Source of the DNA: a virus
Virus record (IMG/VR): IMGVR_UViG_3300032242_003148
Span: 101,607 to 165,606 of that record
DNA: 64,000 nucleotides
Strand: one strand, 5' to 3'
Shown here: one piece after another, positions 9,135 to 19,318 of the stretch
Numbering within the stretch: the first letter of the stretch is position 1
How the letters are laid out: each line of letters opens with the position of its first letter
Program-made: the position numbers and the translations under genes
Notes under the pieces: generated by a model
The model's input: the letters and a program-made list of their open reading frames with translations, nothing else
What the model was told of the DNA's origin: nothing
The model's database searches: none

Positions 9135-9695
9135 TTAGCTGTTTAAAAGATATTTATCTGCTTGTAGGGCACTACTAAGTCTCTCCACATTTCTGGGATC
9201 ATTTAATTTTTGAAAGTTGGTTACAGTTTTTTGCTTGGCCTCATAGGCGGGAACTCCTGCAAGCAATCCTCCTCCTATAGCTCCGGCTAAACCTAAGCCT
9301 TTTGGAAGTCTAGAACGAAGGGCATTTAAAATAGCTGATCTACCTGGTCCCTTTAATGCAGAACCTGCTAGATGCCCCGCAGCCCCGCCCACAAAAGCCC
9401 CGCCAACAGCCTTGCCTAACCCAGCGCTAATTCCTTGCTGTTGTGGATTTTCTCCTAAGGTGGAATTGCGGGTGTTTAAAATAGCTTGATTGTACTGTGC
9501 TGATGTTTGTCCTGTTGGGTCGTTGTAGCCCGGAGGAACGCCAGCTTCGCGTAGAGCTATGCGGATTCTAGCGATATCCTCGTCACTTAAATCGTCTGTA
9601 TATGCTTTTTTAATTAGCCCAAGTATCTCGTCTTCTGGTAAGCCTGAAATATTTGCGGCCTTTATAAAGCCAGTCATGAAGTTATTAGTATTCAT
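9135..9695 (-). CDS. Leader-bearing glycine-zipper protein
   Basis: Start MNTNNFMTGFIKAA...LIKKA (ATG 9695); two GxxxG helices. Confidence 0.6.
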   Translation of the reverse strand: MNTNNFMTGFIKAANISGLPEDEILGLIKKAYTDDLSDEDIARIRIALREAGVPPGYNDPTGQTSAQYNQAILNTRNSTLGENPQQQGISAGLGKAVGGAFVGGAAGHLAGSALKGPGRSAILNALRSRLPKGLGLAGAIGGGLLAGVPAYEAKQKTVTNFQKLNDPRNVERLSSALQADKYLLNS

Positions 9696-10101
9696 TATAT
9701 TGTTGTACTTGTTGCTGAGGTTGGGGGTTCTCACCACCGGCTAGTGCTGACCCAGCGGCGCCACCTAATCCAAAGCCTAGTGTTGAGCCTATTGCCTGCC
9801 CTGTTCTCATACCTGTTCCTGGGATGGGGGCTCTAAAAAATTTTAATAACTTAGTAGATAAACCTGCAGGTTCGGGGTGACCAGCTGCAAGAGCTGCGGC
9901 TCTACGAGTCTGTAATGTTTTACCAGCCATACGCAAAAGTGGACCTGTGGCTAATCGACTCAGTAATAAATCGCCACCTAGACCACCAATTATCGGAGCG
10001 AGTAGATTCAACCAGGCAGTTTTATCTAATCCGTGCTCAGCACACTTGTTCATATAGCCGCGAATAAATGCAGCCTTGATCTTAGGGTCTTCTAAGTTCA
10101 T
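9685..10101 (-). CDS. Leader-bearing glycine-zipper protein
   Basis: AFIRGYMNKCAEHGLDKTA leader followed by GxxxG helices. Confidence 0.6.
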   Translation of the reverse strand: MNLEDPKIKAAFIRGYMNKCAEHGLDKTAWLNLLAPIIGGLGGDLLLSRLATGPLLRMAGKTLQTRRAAALAAGHPEPAGLSTKLLKFFRAPIPGTGMRTGQAIGSTLGFGLGGAAGSALAGGENPQPQQQVQQYNEY

Positions 10102-10469
10102 AAGTTAAATAAATATTCCCCAGTAAATGTATCAGCCTGAGCTCTTAACGTACCCAAAGCAGAAGTATAGCTAGCAACAATCGCGTCTTGATATGCTTGA
10201 GCCTTTAACTGAGTATTTACATTAAATGGAGCAGAGTTAGAATCAAAAGTCCGGGTATATGGTAGCTCAGAAACAATTCCAATATATTGAGCAGGAAGAG
10301 TAAATTGATTAGGGGTAGATCCAAAAGTTCCACCGACATTAATAGTAGGTTCACCGAACTTAGAAATAAGTTGGGTATCTGTTTGTGAAATTTTATCTCT
10401 ATCCACGGAGAAGGTCATGCTCCATATATCGTTTTCAATAGACCTTGTGACTTGTAATAATAAGCTCAT
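10098..10469 (-). CDS. Hypothetical structural protein
   Basis: 123 aa, coupled by ATGA overlap. Confidence 0.6.
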   Translation of the reverse strand: MSLLLQVTRSIENDIWSMTFSVDRDKISQTDTQLISKFGEPTINVGGTFGSTPNQFTLPAQYIGIVSELPYTRTFDSNSAPFNVNTQLKAQAYQDAIVASYTSALGTLRAQADTFTGEYLFNL

Positions 10470-10482
10470 TTTAATTTATAAT

Positions 10483-11898
10483 TTAAAACTTTATACCTTC
10501 TAGGTTACCACGTAAATAGCTATCAGACACGATTTTTCTTTTCATCATGTCCATATCTAGTTTGGTGAGTTGATCTGCGTCGTGAGGTGCAATGGCCTGA
10601 GAAGCTACCGCTTGGCGAAGCATAGCACGAAGAACTTCTTTCTCTTTAGATACTTGCGGAGAAAGTCTAAGAATCTGCTCATAAGCTTTTACAACCTTTT
10701 GTGGATTAGCCCTTGAAAGAATAGGATCTGTGAGCATTAACTCTTGAAGGATTAGTTGCCTCTCCATGTTTTCCATGGTCATATTATGGGCATGGCTAGA
10801 TCCTCCTGGCTTTTTGCCTCCTCTGCTGGATAACTCCTCATAGAGTCTATGCTCACCCATAGCCTTGCCGGCACCGACTAAATTAGCTAAAGAAAACAAG
10901 CTAAGTGGACTAGCCTCTTTCTTTAGGGCTGCCTTTTTTTCTATCCTCTCTAAAATAGGATCTCTGCTCTCAGCTGTTTTCGTCGGTTTATTTTTTTTTT
11001 TAGCTACCACAATAGGGGCCTCTTCGGCTTGCTTGGATAGTGTTCCATTACCGGCAACCAGCTTTCCGATTTCAGAATAATACTCTTTTTCAAAAGTATA
11101 GTCAGCTTCGGCAGTTTTTAAGTTACCCTCAGCCTCACCTAATGCTGCTGCGGCTTTCATAAAATCATCATACATACCTAGTTCTGCAACTGGGGAGAAC
11201 ATATTGTATTTGCTGTCGTGCACTCCACGCTCTTCTTCTATACCTGCAGTCTTATAGATTAGGTCTAGATAAGGAACTGACGCTTCGCCATGCTTGCTGA
11301 ACACTTGAGATTCAAACTCCTCAAAAGATGTTCTATATCCTTCGTCACGGCGGAAATGAGCCGCCAGCTTTGAGAACTTTTTATTCAGATCTAACTCTGC
11401 ACCAACCTTTTCTGTTTTGCAGTTATCGAGATTCTGTTCTAAATCTCTTAAAAGCTTTGCGGCCTTGTCGAAAGCGCCTTTCATGGTTAAACCATAAGAA
11501 TCCTCTGTTGCGGTTGCTCCTGTGATTTCGAGATAAGCCTGCTTATATTTAGGGTTATTAAGGGCACGGTTAAAATTAAATACTTCATCATTTGATTCAG
11601 AAGTAGGAAAGTGCTCAGAAATATACTCGCTGGCTGTTTTTTCTGTTTTGTCGAAAATGCTGGAAATTGTTCCAGGGATATCAGCAATCGCAAACCCAGC
11701 AGAACGGTCTGACGCAGTTTTGAAGTGATTATAGTGGAGAGCAACATTCAGGGCCTCGCCAACACGATGGATATAATTAGGATTAAGATCCAGATCAGAG
11801 GCCACTTTCTTAAGGGCATCAGTAGGATTTGTTCCACTGTTAACTTTCTGCACTACCTCGGCTAATGCAATTTTTACGAGAGAATTCGGTTGTTCCAT
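10483..11898 (-). CDS. Helical putative virion protein rich in K-x-A sites
   Basis: 471 aa; KIA, KVA, KTA (several), KQA, KEA. Confidence 0.6.
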   Translation of the reverse strand: MEQPNSLVKIALAEVVQKVNSGTNPTDALKKVASDLDLNPNYIHRVGEALNVALHYNHFKTASDRSAGFAIADIPGTISSIFDKTEKTASEYISEHFPTSESNDEVFNFNRALNNPKYKQAYLEITGATATEDSYGLTMKGAFDKAAKLLRDLEQNLDNCKTEKVGAELDLNKKFSKLAAHFRRDEGYRTSFEEFESQVFSKHGEASVPYLDLIYKTAGIEEERGVHDSKYNMFSPVAELGMYDDFMKAAAALGEAEGNLKTAEADYTFEKEYYSEIGKLVAGNGTLSKQAEEAPIVVAKKKNKPTKTAESRDPILERIEKKAALKKEASPLSLFSLANLVGAGKAMGEHRLYEELSSRGGKKPGGSSHAHNMTMENMERQLILQELMLTDPILSRANPQKVVKAYEQILRLSPQVSKEKEVLRAMLRQAVASQAIAPHDADQLTKLDMDMMKRKIVSDSYLRGNLEGIKF

Positions 11899-11926
11899 AG
11901 CTTTATCCTTAATTTATACCAGGTTT

Positions 11927-13012
11927 TTAAAAAGAGTTCAATTCCGTAATTGATTTATATTCAGGAAGGGAATTTTCTTTTAGTGCGAGCGTTCCTATCA
12001 ATTTTAACGCTTCTTGGTCATCCGAGTCAATAGTTCCTGACTCCTGGCTGTTATCATTCACTATTCTTACAGTGCTGGCGTCAAGATTTCTAACCTTTGC
12101 CCTGTAGTAATTAACCTCTTCTTTCTTGATATAGAAAGAGGCTAAGTTATTAATTACTCCATTAAAATTAATTGCATCTTTCATATCTGTTACAGCAAAA
12201 TTTAGGCTTAGTACGTTCTCTAGCATAGAATCCCCTAGATAATCTTCAACCTTTAATTTTTGTTCTAGGCTCAAGGTATGATAATTAGCGTGGGCCCTTA
12301 AACCTACCTCTCCTAACTCTGAAATTAATTTATAGTATCTCTTGTCTAGGTCAGTAATAATATCATTATCTACTAGTTGAGTCAGGTAGGCAGCTTGTGC
12401 TGTAATATCTTTTGGTACAGCAGAAAAATCAAAAAATAGGTTTCTAATAGCCTCTATCTGCCTAGTATACATTTTAAATCTCTTAGCTATCTCGGCATCA
12501 GTAACTCCTGCAAATATATGATAACCAATGGCTTTAAAGATATGCTCGTGGTCTGTGCTCATCTTAAGACCCACAGCAAACTGGATATACTGGTCATAGT
12601 GCATGTTAGAAACATGGTACAATAATTTCTTTAAAAATGCGTCTGAGATGCCATCCACATGCTTGATATTCCAAACAGGGTTTTTACCATCATAAGACTT
12701 ACAAAAAATCTTTTTATCTCCTGAGATTTTTAGCTTTTTATCAAACAGCTTATAAAACGTTTCCCTGTTTTTCCAGCTCAACCTATCAACTACCTTTTGA
12801 AAGTTATCAGGAAATGAATAATTTGTTTCTGTATTCTCCTTAACCCCTGGATAATTAATATACCTTCTCAACGCACTAGAACCATCCGCAGGTTTACGAC
12901 AACACCAAATAAGATTAGCTTTGGCGGGATTGAGATATATCTGATACCTCCAATTAGGAAAGTTATAAAAAGAGCCTACCCTATTGAGGGGTATTATTGC
13001 CTTACGCTTCAT
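11927..13012 (-). CDS. Hypothetical protein with possible helix-turn-helix
   Basis: 361 aa; GVTDAEIAKRFKMYTRQIEAI segment. Confidence 0.55.
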   Translation of the reverse strand: MKRKAIIPLNRVGSFYNFPNWRYQIYLNPAKANLIWCCRKPADGSSALRRYINYPGVKENTETNYSFPDNFQKVVDRLSWKNRETFYKLFDKKLKISGDKKIFCKSYDGKNPVWNIKHVDGISDAFLKKLLYHVSNMHYDQYIQFAVGLKMSTDHEHIFKAIGYHIFAGVTDAEIAKRFKMYTRQIEAIRNLFFDFSAVPKDITAQAAYLTQLVDNDIITDLDKRYYKLISELGEVGLRAHANYHTLSLEQKLKVEDYLGDSMLENVLSLNFAVTDMKDAINFNGVINNLASFYIKKEEVNYYRAKVRNLDASTVRIVNDNSQESGTIDSDDQEALKLIGTLALKENSLPEYKSITELNSF

Positions 13013-13941
13013 ACATTATCATTATGCTGACTTGTTGCATATCCTGCAAGGCCTCCTAGTCCACCTAAAAGTAAAGCATTTCTACCCATAGACTTTCTTG
13101 CGGCTCTAGCATACCAATCCATTAAATTAATAGGTTTTGGGATTTCTTTAACGGGGTTAAATACCGCCCTTTGTGCGGCTTCGATTGTGGGGGGTATAAA
13201 TGTACCAGCTGCTCCTACACCTGCGCCCACACCTGCACCTACCCCTGTGCTTAACGCTGGGTTATCTTGCTGCTCATATGAGTTTAAAACAGACGCTAAC
13301 TCGCCTCCTGGTAATCCAGAAGCATATGGATGTTCTTGTAAAATTTTAGCTGCGGCCTGAAGATCAGCTTCGCTTGGTTTGGATGTACCTGCGTTTAAAC
13401 CACCTGCGGCGCCTCCCGCTGCCCCTAAAATAGTGGAACCTACTGCACCTTGTGTGGCTCTATTTAAAACAAGGTTTTTAAATTGTCCTGCCCTGTTTAA
13501 CCTACCGGATGGTAATGTTTCTGTTGGAGTTCTTAGTAAGTTTATGCTATTTCGCAGTCCTTTACCTTTACCAAACATAGATAAAATTCCCCCCGCGGCA
13601 AATCCCACAGGAGCAGCAATAGCCCCTAATCTCAATGCATTAGATAATGCCTGATTTTTCATTTCATCTGAAGAACCGGCGGCCCCTCTAGCCTTTTCTA
13701 AAGCTGCTGCAATTTGTGCCCTGCGCTTAGCGGGGTTGTTAGATATAATTGCGCGACTGGTTAATGCCTCTGCTAATGGTCCGCTTAAGGATCTAGCTTC
13801 TCCAGGGATATCTTCAATTGCACCAATTGCAGAATCAGTAACCGGCTTGGTATAGAAGATATTATCCCTGAGAGCCTTCAGGGCTAAATACCTTTTAAGC
13901 AGGCTATCGTCGCCTTGGGACTGATCAGAGTTCGAGGGCAT
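13009..13941 (-). CDS. Glycine-zipper putative internal protein
   Basis: 310 aa with four Gly/Ala-rich hydrophobic segments. Confidence 0.55.
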   Translation of the reverse strand: MPSNSDQSQGDDSLLKRYLALKALRDNIFYTKPVTDSAIGAIEDIPGEARSLSGPLAEALTSRAIISNNPAKRRAQIAAALEKARGAAGSSDEMKNQALSNALRLGAIAAPVGFAAGGILSMFGKGKGLRNSINLLRTPTETLPSGRLNRAGQFKNLVLNRATQGAVGSTILGAAGGAAGGLNAGTSKPSEADLQAAAKILQEHPYASGLPGGELASVLNSYEQQDNPALSTGVGAGVGAGVGAAGTFIPPTIEAAQRAVFNPVKEIPKPINLMDWYARAARKSMGRNALLLGGLGGLAGYATSQHNDNV

Positions 13942-16216
13942 CTTCCTTACCCATGTTAATGGTGAGCTCAGGAGATTTGCGCTTGAGGAAGATAACCAGA
14001 TCGCCGAGATTTTTGAACACGTTGCTAACCAGCTCTACAAGTTCCGGCAGATCGTTTCTTCCATACATCTCCACGAATTTGTCGGTATCCCAGTTAAGAA
14101 GAAATAAGATTCTACCTAAGCGGTCCATACCTTCGATTAGTGATGGTACGTATTCAGTAATCTTATCAGATACTCCAACATACTTGGCTAGGGTTGCCAT
14201 GGTCTGCACGTCGAAAATCTCTTTCTGCCCGCTCTGGGCCATTTGAGTGGCTTGATTTACATACCTAGGATCAATTTCTTTTTTAGATGTGGATGGATCA
14301 ATTCCCTCTACTTCTGGCATAACAGTTAAACCTAATGCTGTTGGATCTCCTGTATAACGAATATCTGCTGGGAGACGGCTCTCTTGACCAACACCCACAT
14401 ATGTAGGCTGCCCTACTTGATTTGTATATGGAGCCTCCTCATAAGGAATAGGATAGTAATCTCCTGTATAGGCGAGCTTTACATGCCCAGAAAGATTCTT
14501 CGCTGGAGTAAGATTATCAATAATTTCGCAAGCTTGTTTGAAATCAAGACCCACCTCTGTGACCATTGCAATCTTGGCCTTCATAGGATTGTCATATTTC
14601 TTTTTAGCTCCTGCGATATCACTGAAGTACTCGCTGCCGTTTGTTCTAACGGTCATTGGGAAAATATTGTTTTTACTCAGGAATGAGTTTAATGCCCATG
14701 AACCGCCTGGGCGATTCTCTAAATATCTTTCATGGGCTGAGGCTTTGTCGGATTGCTCCTTATCCGCTTCACTCTTGACTTTATCTGAGGCATCAAGAGG
14801 AATATATTGATTAGGTACTCCGCAATAACCATGTTCATTAAGAGGGTGAAACTTAACCTCTAAAAGCTTATAGCCTGATGGAACATAGAGTGTATGCCCA
14901 TGATAGTCTAAACTATCTCCAGGCTTCTTAGTCATTACCAGAAGAATTTCTTTAGCTTTTCTAGGGTGGCGATAGTAATTTCCACGAGTGAGATCATGCA
15001 CACTACCTGGACGATCCTTAGGCCCGCGGTTGTGATCCTGATACTCATAGTCGGTTTTAGCTTCTTGATGTAATGAGAAGGGCTCTACGCTGATTCTTCT
15101 GATACCCTGAGCATCCTTGAAATTGGCGTTAATGCGGAAGGGCTGGGTAGCCTTCATATGTTCATTAAGAAGCACATATACAGAAGTATAGCTAGGCTTT
15201 GCTTCTGCGGGATCCACCATCATTTTATGAACTAATGAGTAGTCGTCAACCTTGAGTTGATCTTTTGTATAAACCATCTTGGTATCTACAATATAAGCTG
15301 ATCCTTTATCTTCTGAATCAAGATTAATAACGATTGCGTCATCTGTAGCAAAATCTTGTTGTAGTTGTTTAGGGCGAACCAAGATAAGACCATAATTAAT
15401 TGTTCCTGTGGAGGTAACATAGGGGTAAAACCCAGATTCTGTAGGATTCTGGAACTTTTTAACATAATCCACCACACCAAACTTTGATTTCTTGTCTACT
15501 GGTCTCTTATCAACTACAACAAATCCTTGTGTCATTACATCCTTGCGCTGTTTCTCATCTAGCTTGAGAACTTCAGGCTTTTGGTCCTTCATTACAACTT
15601 TGACATCATTTTCTTTGCGATATGAGTCGCCGTCCTCTGTTTCTACAACAGCCTCGGCCACCTTCTCAATGGAGTAAAAGCGTAGAACAGCCTCACAAAA
15701 CTCAGCGTCCTTCTCTAACAGTTCTGTGAAAGCTTTCTTGGTCTTGTTGTCAGAGTCCTTAACATAATCTATGCAAGATGCAATTGTGTACTTTCCTGTG
15801 CGGGGAGGAATAGTCATCTGACGATAGTCTCCCTGAGTCATGTCCTGTAGAACCTTCTGGCGGGGCTCTTTTGCTACACCACCAAGTGAGGTGGTTTCAT
15901 CTTTAAGGAACATCTCAGCAAAATCCTCATTCAGGGGATAGAACTGCTCGTTATTCTTAGAATATAGGAGATCAAGATTCTTAACTTTACCATCAATAAA
16001 GAAAGCTGGTACATAAAGAATCTGACCAGAGTGAGAACGAAAACCAAAAACACCCAGGGCCTTTGTGTTATCCTCGTTCTTCTTAACAATCTCAAATCCA
16101 ATCAAGAAAGGGAGGAGATTCTTTAAGCTGTCCTGTAATTTATTATATGCTAGCTGGAAAAAGGACTGTTCTAATGAATCGTCGCCTGCCAGCTTTGTTT
16201 TAGAAAAATTTGCCAT
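13925..16216 (-). CDS. Large hypothetical virion-module protein
   Basis: 763 aa clean ORF; TKLAG, EKVAE, VKLAY sites; own TTGCAT-18-TAATAT promoter. Confidence 0.6.
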   Translation of the reverse strand: MANFSKTKLAGDDSLEQSFFQLAYNKLQDSLKNLLPFLIGFEIVKKNEDNTKALGVFGFRSHSGQILYVPAFFIDGKVKNLDLLYSKNNEQFYPLNEDFAEMFLKDETTSLGGVAKEPRQKVLQDMTQGDYRQMTIPPRTGKYTIASCIDYVKDSDNKTKKAFTELLEKDAEFCEAVLRFYSIEKVAEAVVETEDGDSYRKENDVKVVMKDQKPEVLKLDEKQRKDVMTQGFVVVDKRPVDKKSKFGVVDYVKKFQNPTESGFYPYVTSTGTINYGLILVRPKQLQQDFATDDAIVINLDSEDKGSAYIVDTKMVYTKDQLKVDDYSLVHKMMVDPAEAKPSYTSVYVLLNEHMKATQPFRINANFKDAQGIRRISVEPFSLHQEAKTDYEYQDHNRGPKDRPGSVHDLTRGNYYRHPRKAKEILLVMTKKPGDSLDYHGHTLYVPSGYKLLEVKFHPLNEHGYCGVPNQYIPLDASDKVKSEADKEQSDKASAHERYLENRPGGSWALNSFLSKNNIFPMTVRTNGSEYFSDIAGAKKKYDNPMKAKIAMVTEVGLDFKQACEIIDNLTPAKNLSGHVKLAYTGDYYPIPYEEAPYTNQVGQPTYVGVGQESRLPADIRYTGDPTALGLTVMPEVEGIDPSTSKKEIDPRYVNQATQMAQSGQKEIFDVQTMATLAKYVGVSDKITEYVPSLIEGMDRLGRILFLLNWDTDKFVEMYGRNDLPELVELVSNVFKNLGDLVIFLKRKSPELTINMGKEDALEL

Positions 16217-16290
16217 AATTAGAGAGTGCCGGAATTTATAAACAATATTACGTATTTTTTAATGTACATGCAAGCTTCTAAATAGGTCAA

Positions 16291-18153
16291 CTATTCTTTG
16301 AAGTTACTATGCTCACCAAAACCAACGCCGTGAGCAAGCCCGGGAATAGGGCTTGGTCCCCTGATATCAGAAGTAGCGCCAGCGTTAACAGCATTGCTAA
16401 ATCTCTTTGCCAGGTTTGTGCTATACAATACATGCATAAAGTCATCTGCGTGCTCTGGTACGTCTAATAATCTTACCATATGGGGTTCAAAATGTGGAGG
16501 GTCGTCATGCACAACCACAGATTCTATACCATGCTCTGCCAAGTCTTGCATAACTGAAGATGTTACTCTAGTACCTATGGTATAATGTAACTCTGGTTTT
16601 TCCAAATACTTACCATAAGCTAAGTCTGATCTAACTGTTTTGCTACTTGCCCTGGGTACGTAATTTTTCTCTAGAGCTGAGTAAGAAACAATCTGGTCTG
16701 GTAGAAAATCGCCTAGTCCTTCGTTATCTGTTATCTTTACATGATCAATGGCAGATCTAGCAATAAGTTCAAAATTTCTTCTGTTAACCCCTAGGTTACC
16801 CTCATCAAAAGCCCGCTTCATAGCCTGCGCATAATAATTTCGACCCTCTCCAATTCCCTTGTATCTAACAACTTCACTAGGATCAATTAGCCCAGAGCTA
16901 AGCACATCTCCCTGCTCTACTTTATCACCAACCTTAACTTTAGGTTCTTGTCCGACACCTATATAGTATTCTGTATCTCCTATCTTTATAAAATATCCAC
17001 CAGCTGCGGCGTGTTGAACGCTAGACACAACCCCATCTTCTTGAGCTAGTGGTGCTTTGTTTAAAAAAGTTTTTGGGATGTTAGCTAGTTGGTTAATCAT
17101 TTTAAACCCTGACACGCCACCTAGAGAAGTAGCAGCTCCGCCGCCATGACGAAGTTTCATAGCATACTCTGTGAGGGGTTCACTAACTGCTGTACCAGCA
17201 ACCAGTCCAATATAACTATCAGGAGCGGCTAAACCTTTTTCTCTTCTCCCCACACACAGCTGACAAACTGCACCGAAGTGACTATTATTGCTGGCTCTGC
17301 ACGTCATGGGGGAACGGATTAAAATTTTGTTAATATTTTGTTCCTTTAAGTCATTCAACATTTTTGCGGTGATCTCATTATTCCTTTTATACCCGCCAAC
17401 AGGAGCAGCTAGAAAGGCCCCAACAGAATCTTTGTCTGTGGTGGGTACTGTAATCCCATTAGTAGTGCCGCAATCATGTTCTGTGATTTGTAAATTCATC
17501 AAGGCTCTAGAAAACTGTTTGGAAGAATATCCTCCCTGAGCCACACCAACCTTTTTAACAACTTCACCAGAACGAGTACCAAAAGATGTCACAAGATACT
17601 CAGGAAGAGAAAGTCCTTCAGCAAAAGAGCTTTTAACAGGAATATCCATTTTAGGATTTCCTTCTGCATCCACAACAATCCCCTGTGTTGCTATGGTAGA
17701 GCGATATTGTGCTGGTGATCCTCTAGAACCCGCCAAAATAATTTTAGCTAGTGACTTATTATTCTTAAGCCCCTCATCAAGAATGGTCTTGTTGGTCTCC
17801 TCCATCAAGGAGTTATATTTATCAAAAATTCTTTGATTTTTAACGCTTTCAGAATCTTTGGTTTTATGTACTTTCTCCTGAAACTCTTCGAATTTGTCGT
17901 AAAGCTCTTTTGTATTAATAGGAGAAACCAAATCTTTTAATGTAATAGATGTTCCTTGTCTAGTGGCAATCTCAAAACCTAAACGGGTAAGATCAGAGGC
18001 GATCTTGCTATAATTTTCTGGCTCTTGTTCTACTAGCTTACTAAACAGATTATTGATTCCTTTTTTATCAAGAACCTGACCATCTATCATGTGATGTAAG
18101 TGTTTAGGAGTATACTCTTTCAGAAGTATACGTCCTACAGTAGTAACGGACAT
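16291..18153 (-). CDS. rpoC: Phage multisubunit RNA polymerase, beta' C-terminal part
   Basis: GSRGS, bridge helix FAEGLSLPEY...GGY, EHDCGT, RSPMTC, VCQLCVG, trigger loop EPLTEYAMKLRHGGG. Confidence 0.92.
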   Translation of the reverse strand: MSVTTVGRILLKEYTPKHLHHMIDGQVLDKKGINNLFSKLVEQEPENYSKIASDLTRLGFEIATRQGTSITLKDLVSPINTKELYDKFEEFQEKVHKTKDSESVKNQRIFDKYNSLMEETNKTILDEGLKNNKSLAKIILAGSRGSPAQYRSTIATQGIVVDAEGNPKMDIPVKSSFAEGLSLPEYLVTSFGTRSGEVVKKVGVAQGGYSSKQFSRALMNLQITEHDCGTTNGITVPTTDKDSVGAFLAAPVGGYKRNNEITAKMLNDLKEQNINKILIRSPMTCRASNNSHFGAVCQLCVGRREKGLAAPDSYIGLVAGTAVSEPLTEYAMKLRHGGGAATSLGGVSGFKMINQLANIPKTFLNKAPLAQEDGVVSSVQHAAAGGYFIKIGDTEYYIGVGQEPKVKVGDKVEQGDVLSSGLIDPSEVVRYKGIGEGRNYYAQAMKRAFDEGNLGVNRRNFELIARSAIDHVKITDNEGLGDFLPDQIVSYSALEKNYVPRASSKTVRSDLAYGKYLEKPELHYTIGTRVTSSVMQDLAEHGIESVVVHDDPPHFEPHMVRLLDVPEHADDFMHVLYSTNLAKRFSNAVNAGATSDIRGPSPIPGLAHGVGFGEHSNFKE

Positions 18154-18154
18154 A

Positions 18155-18487
18155 TTATTCCCTGCGAGTTAACTTATCCAGAAGATCTTTAACTGGAGAA
18201 GATGCTTTTTTTGTATTTGGATTATCTAATTCATTCAACACATCCAAATCTTTAAATGCACCGGCCATTAAAGATCCCTCTAAATTTTGATGAGCTTTGT
18301 CCTGTTCTGCTGTTTCTAATTTAGAGGCCTCGTCCACAGATTCATCTGGATCATCATTAATCACACCAGCTGTTTGTGCGGCTTGGATATCTGCAAGCTT
18401 TTCACGAATATAACAAACATAGTCATAGTTAGGATCCTGGGGACCAAAACTGTCTAAATAGTTAGCGACTTTTTCTAATGATTCCAT
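18155..18487 (-). CDS. Hypothetical acidic protein
   Basis: Start MESLEKVA (ATG 18487); 110 aa. Confidence 0.55.
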   Translation of the reverse strand: MESLEKVANYLDSFGPQDPNYDYVCYIREKLADIQAAQTAGVINDDPDESVDEASKLETAEQDKAHQNLEGSLMAGAFKDLDVLNELDNPNTKKASSPVKDLLDKLTRRE

Positions 18488-18491
18488 TTTA

Positions 18492-19091
18492 TTATTGCCC
18501 CGGAGCTGCGCCCATAGGGGCAGAATAAATTCCACCCTGCCCCATTGCGCTCTGTTGGGCTTGCTCTTGTTGGGCTTGACTCTGTTCTTGCTCTTGTTGC
18601 TTTTGCAGGGCTTCCATTTTCTTATTGTGGGTATCTGCTAACTGCTTAACCTTTAACAAGCTATGCGTTGCTTTGCCTCCGCTAGAGAGATCTAGGAGTT
18701 CACGAACAGAGAGAGTTACTTTTGTATTATCCAAGCTATTTTCTGCATTAACATTCCCCTCTGCTGGAGCTGGCTGGGCTTGCTGCTGCTCTTGAGCTTG
18801 TGGCTGCTGTGCTCCTGCTTGAGGTGCCGCGCCCCCTTGCTGTCCAACTTGTTGAATTTGCTGCGCCAATTGTTGCATGGCCTGCATCTGTTGGTCTGGT
18901 GGTAGCTGCTGTAGCTGTTGAAGCGCAGGTGCAATTTGTTGCTGGGCATCTTGAGGGAGCTGTTGAATCATTCCCATTAGCTGCTGTTGAGCCTGTTGGA
19001 GCTGCGCCTGTTCTTGCTGGGGCTGAGGATTAGGGATAAAAGCCTGTTTTACAAGGCTATCATATGATTGGATAAGTTCGGCGATATTCAT
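18492..19091 (-). CDS. Glutamine-rich protein with LVKQA leader
   Basis: 199 aa, long poly-Q/QA tracts. Confidence 0.65.
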   Translation of the reverse strand: MNIAELIQSYDSLVKQAFIPNPQPQQEQAQLQQAQQQLMGMIQQLPQDAQQQIAPALQQLQQLPPDQQMQAMQQLAQQIQQVGQQGGAAPQAGAQQPQAQEQQQAQPAPAEGNVNAENSLDNTKVTLSVRELLDLSSGGKATHSLLKVKQLADTHNKKMEALQKQQEQEQSQAQQEQAQQSAMGQGGIYSAPMGAAPGQ

Positions 19092-19288
19092 TTTATGTAC
19101 TCCAGGTCTATTATTTGGTTTATAGTTTTTTTAAGCTCTGTTTTTAAAGTCTTTATTTTGCCCTCTTCATGAGTGCCCCTAAGCTCATGCTCACCAGAGT
19201 CAAGCCTTCTGAACTCGTTTAAATATTTTTCGAGTTCTGCCAGCTTTTCTTCATCGGTTAGCTTGAACCAGATTTCTTCATCTATCAT
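19088..19288 (-). CDS. Small helical hypothetical protein
   Basis: 66 aa between the two largest RNAP genes. Confidence 0.55.
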   Translation of the reverse strand: MIDEEIWFKLTDEEKLAELEKYLNEFRRLDSGEHELRGTHEEGKIKTLKTELKKTINQIIDLEYIK

Positions 19289-19318
19289 TGTATGTGATAC
19301 TTAAAGTTTAATAAAGCT

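Noticed and set aside
10988-11002. Programmed frameshift or phase variation at the A11 run
   Set aside because: The frame stays open through a Lys-rich linker and no alternative product is evident
13925-16216. Portal protein call for the 763-aa ORF
   Set aside because: Size is compatible but no portal features are recognisable; left hypothetical
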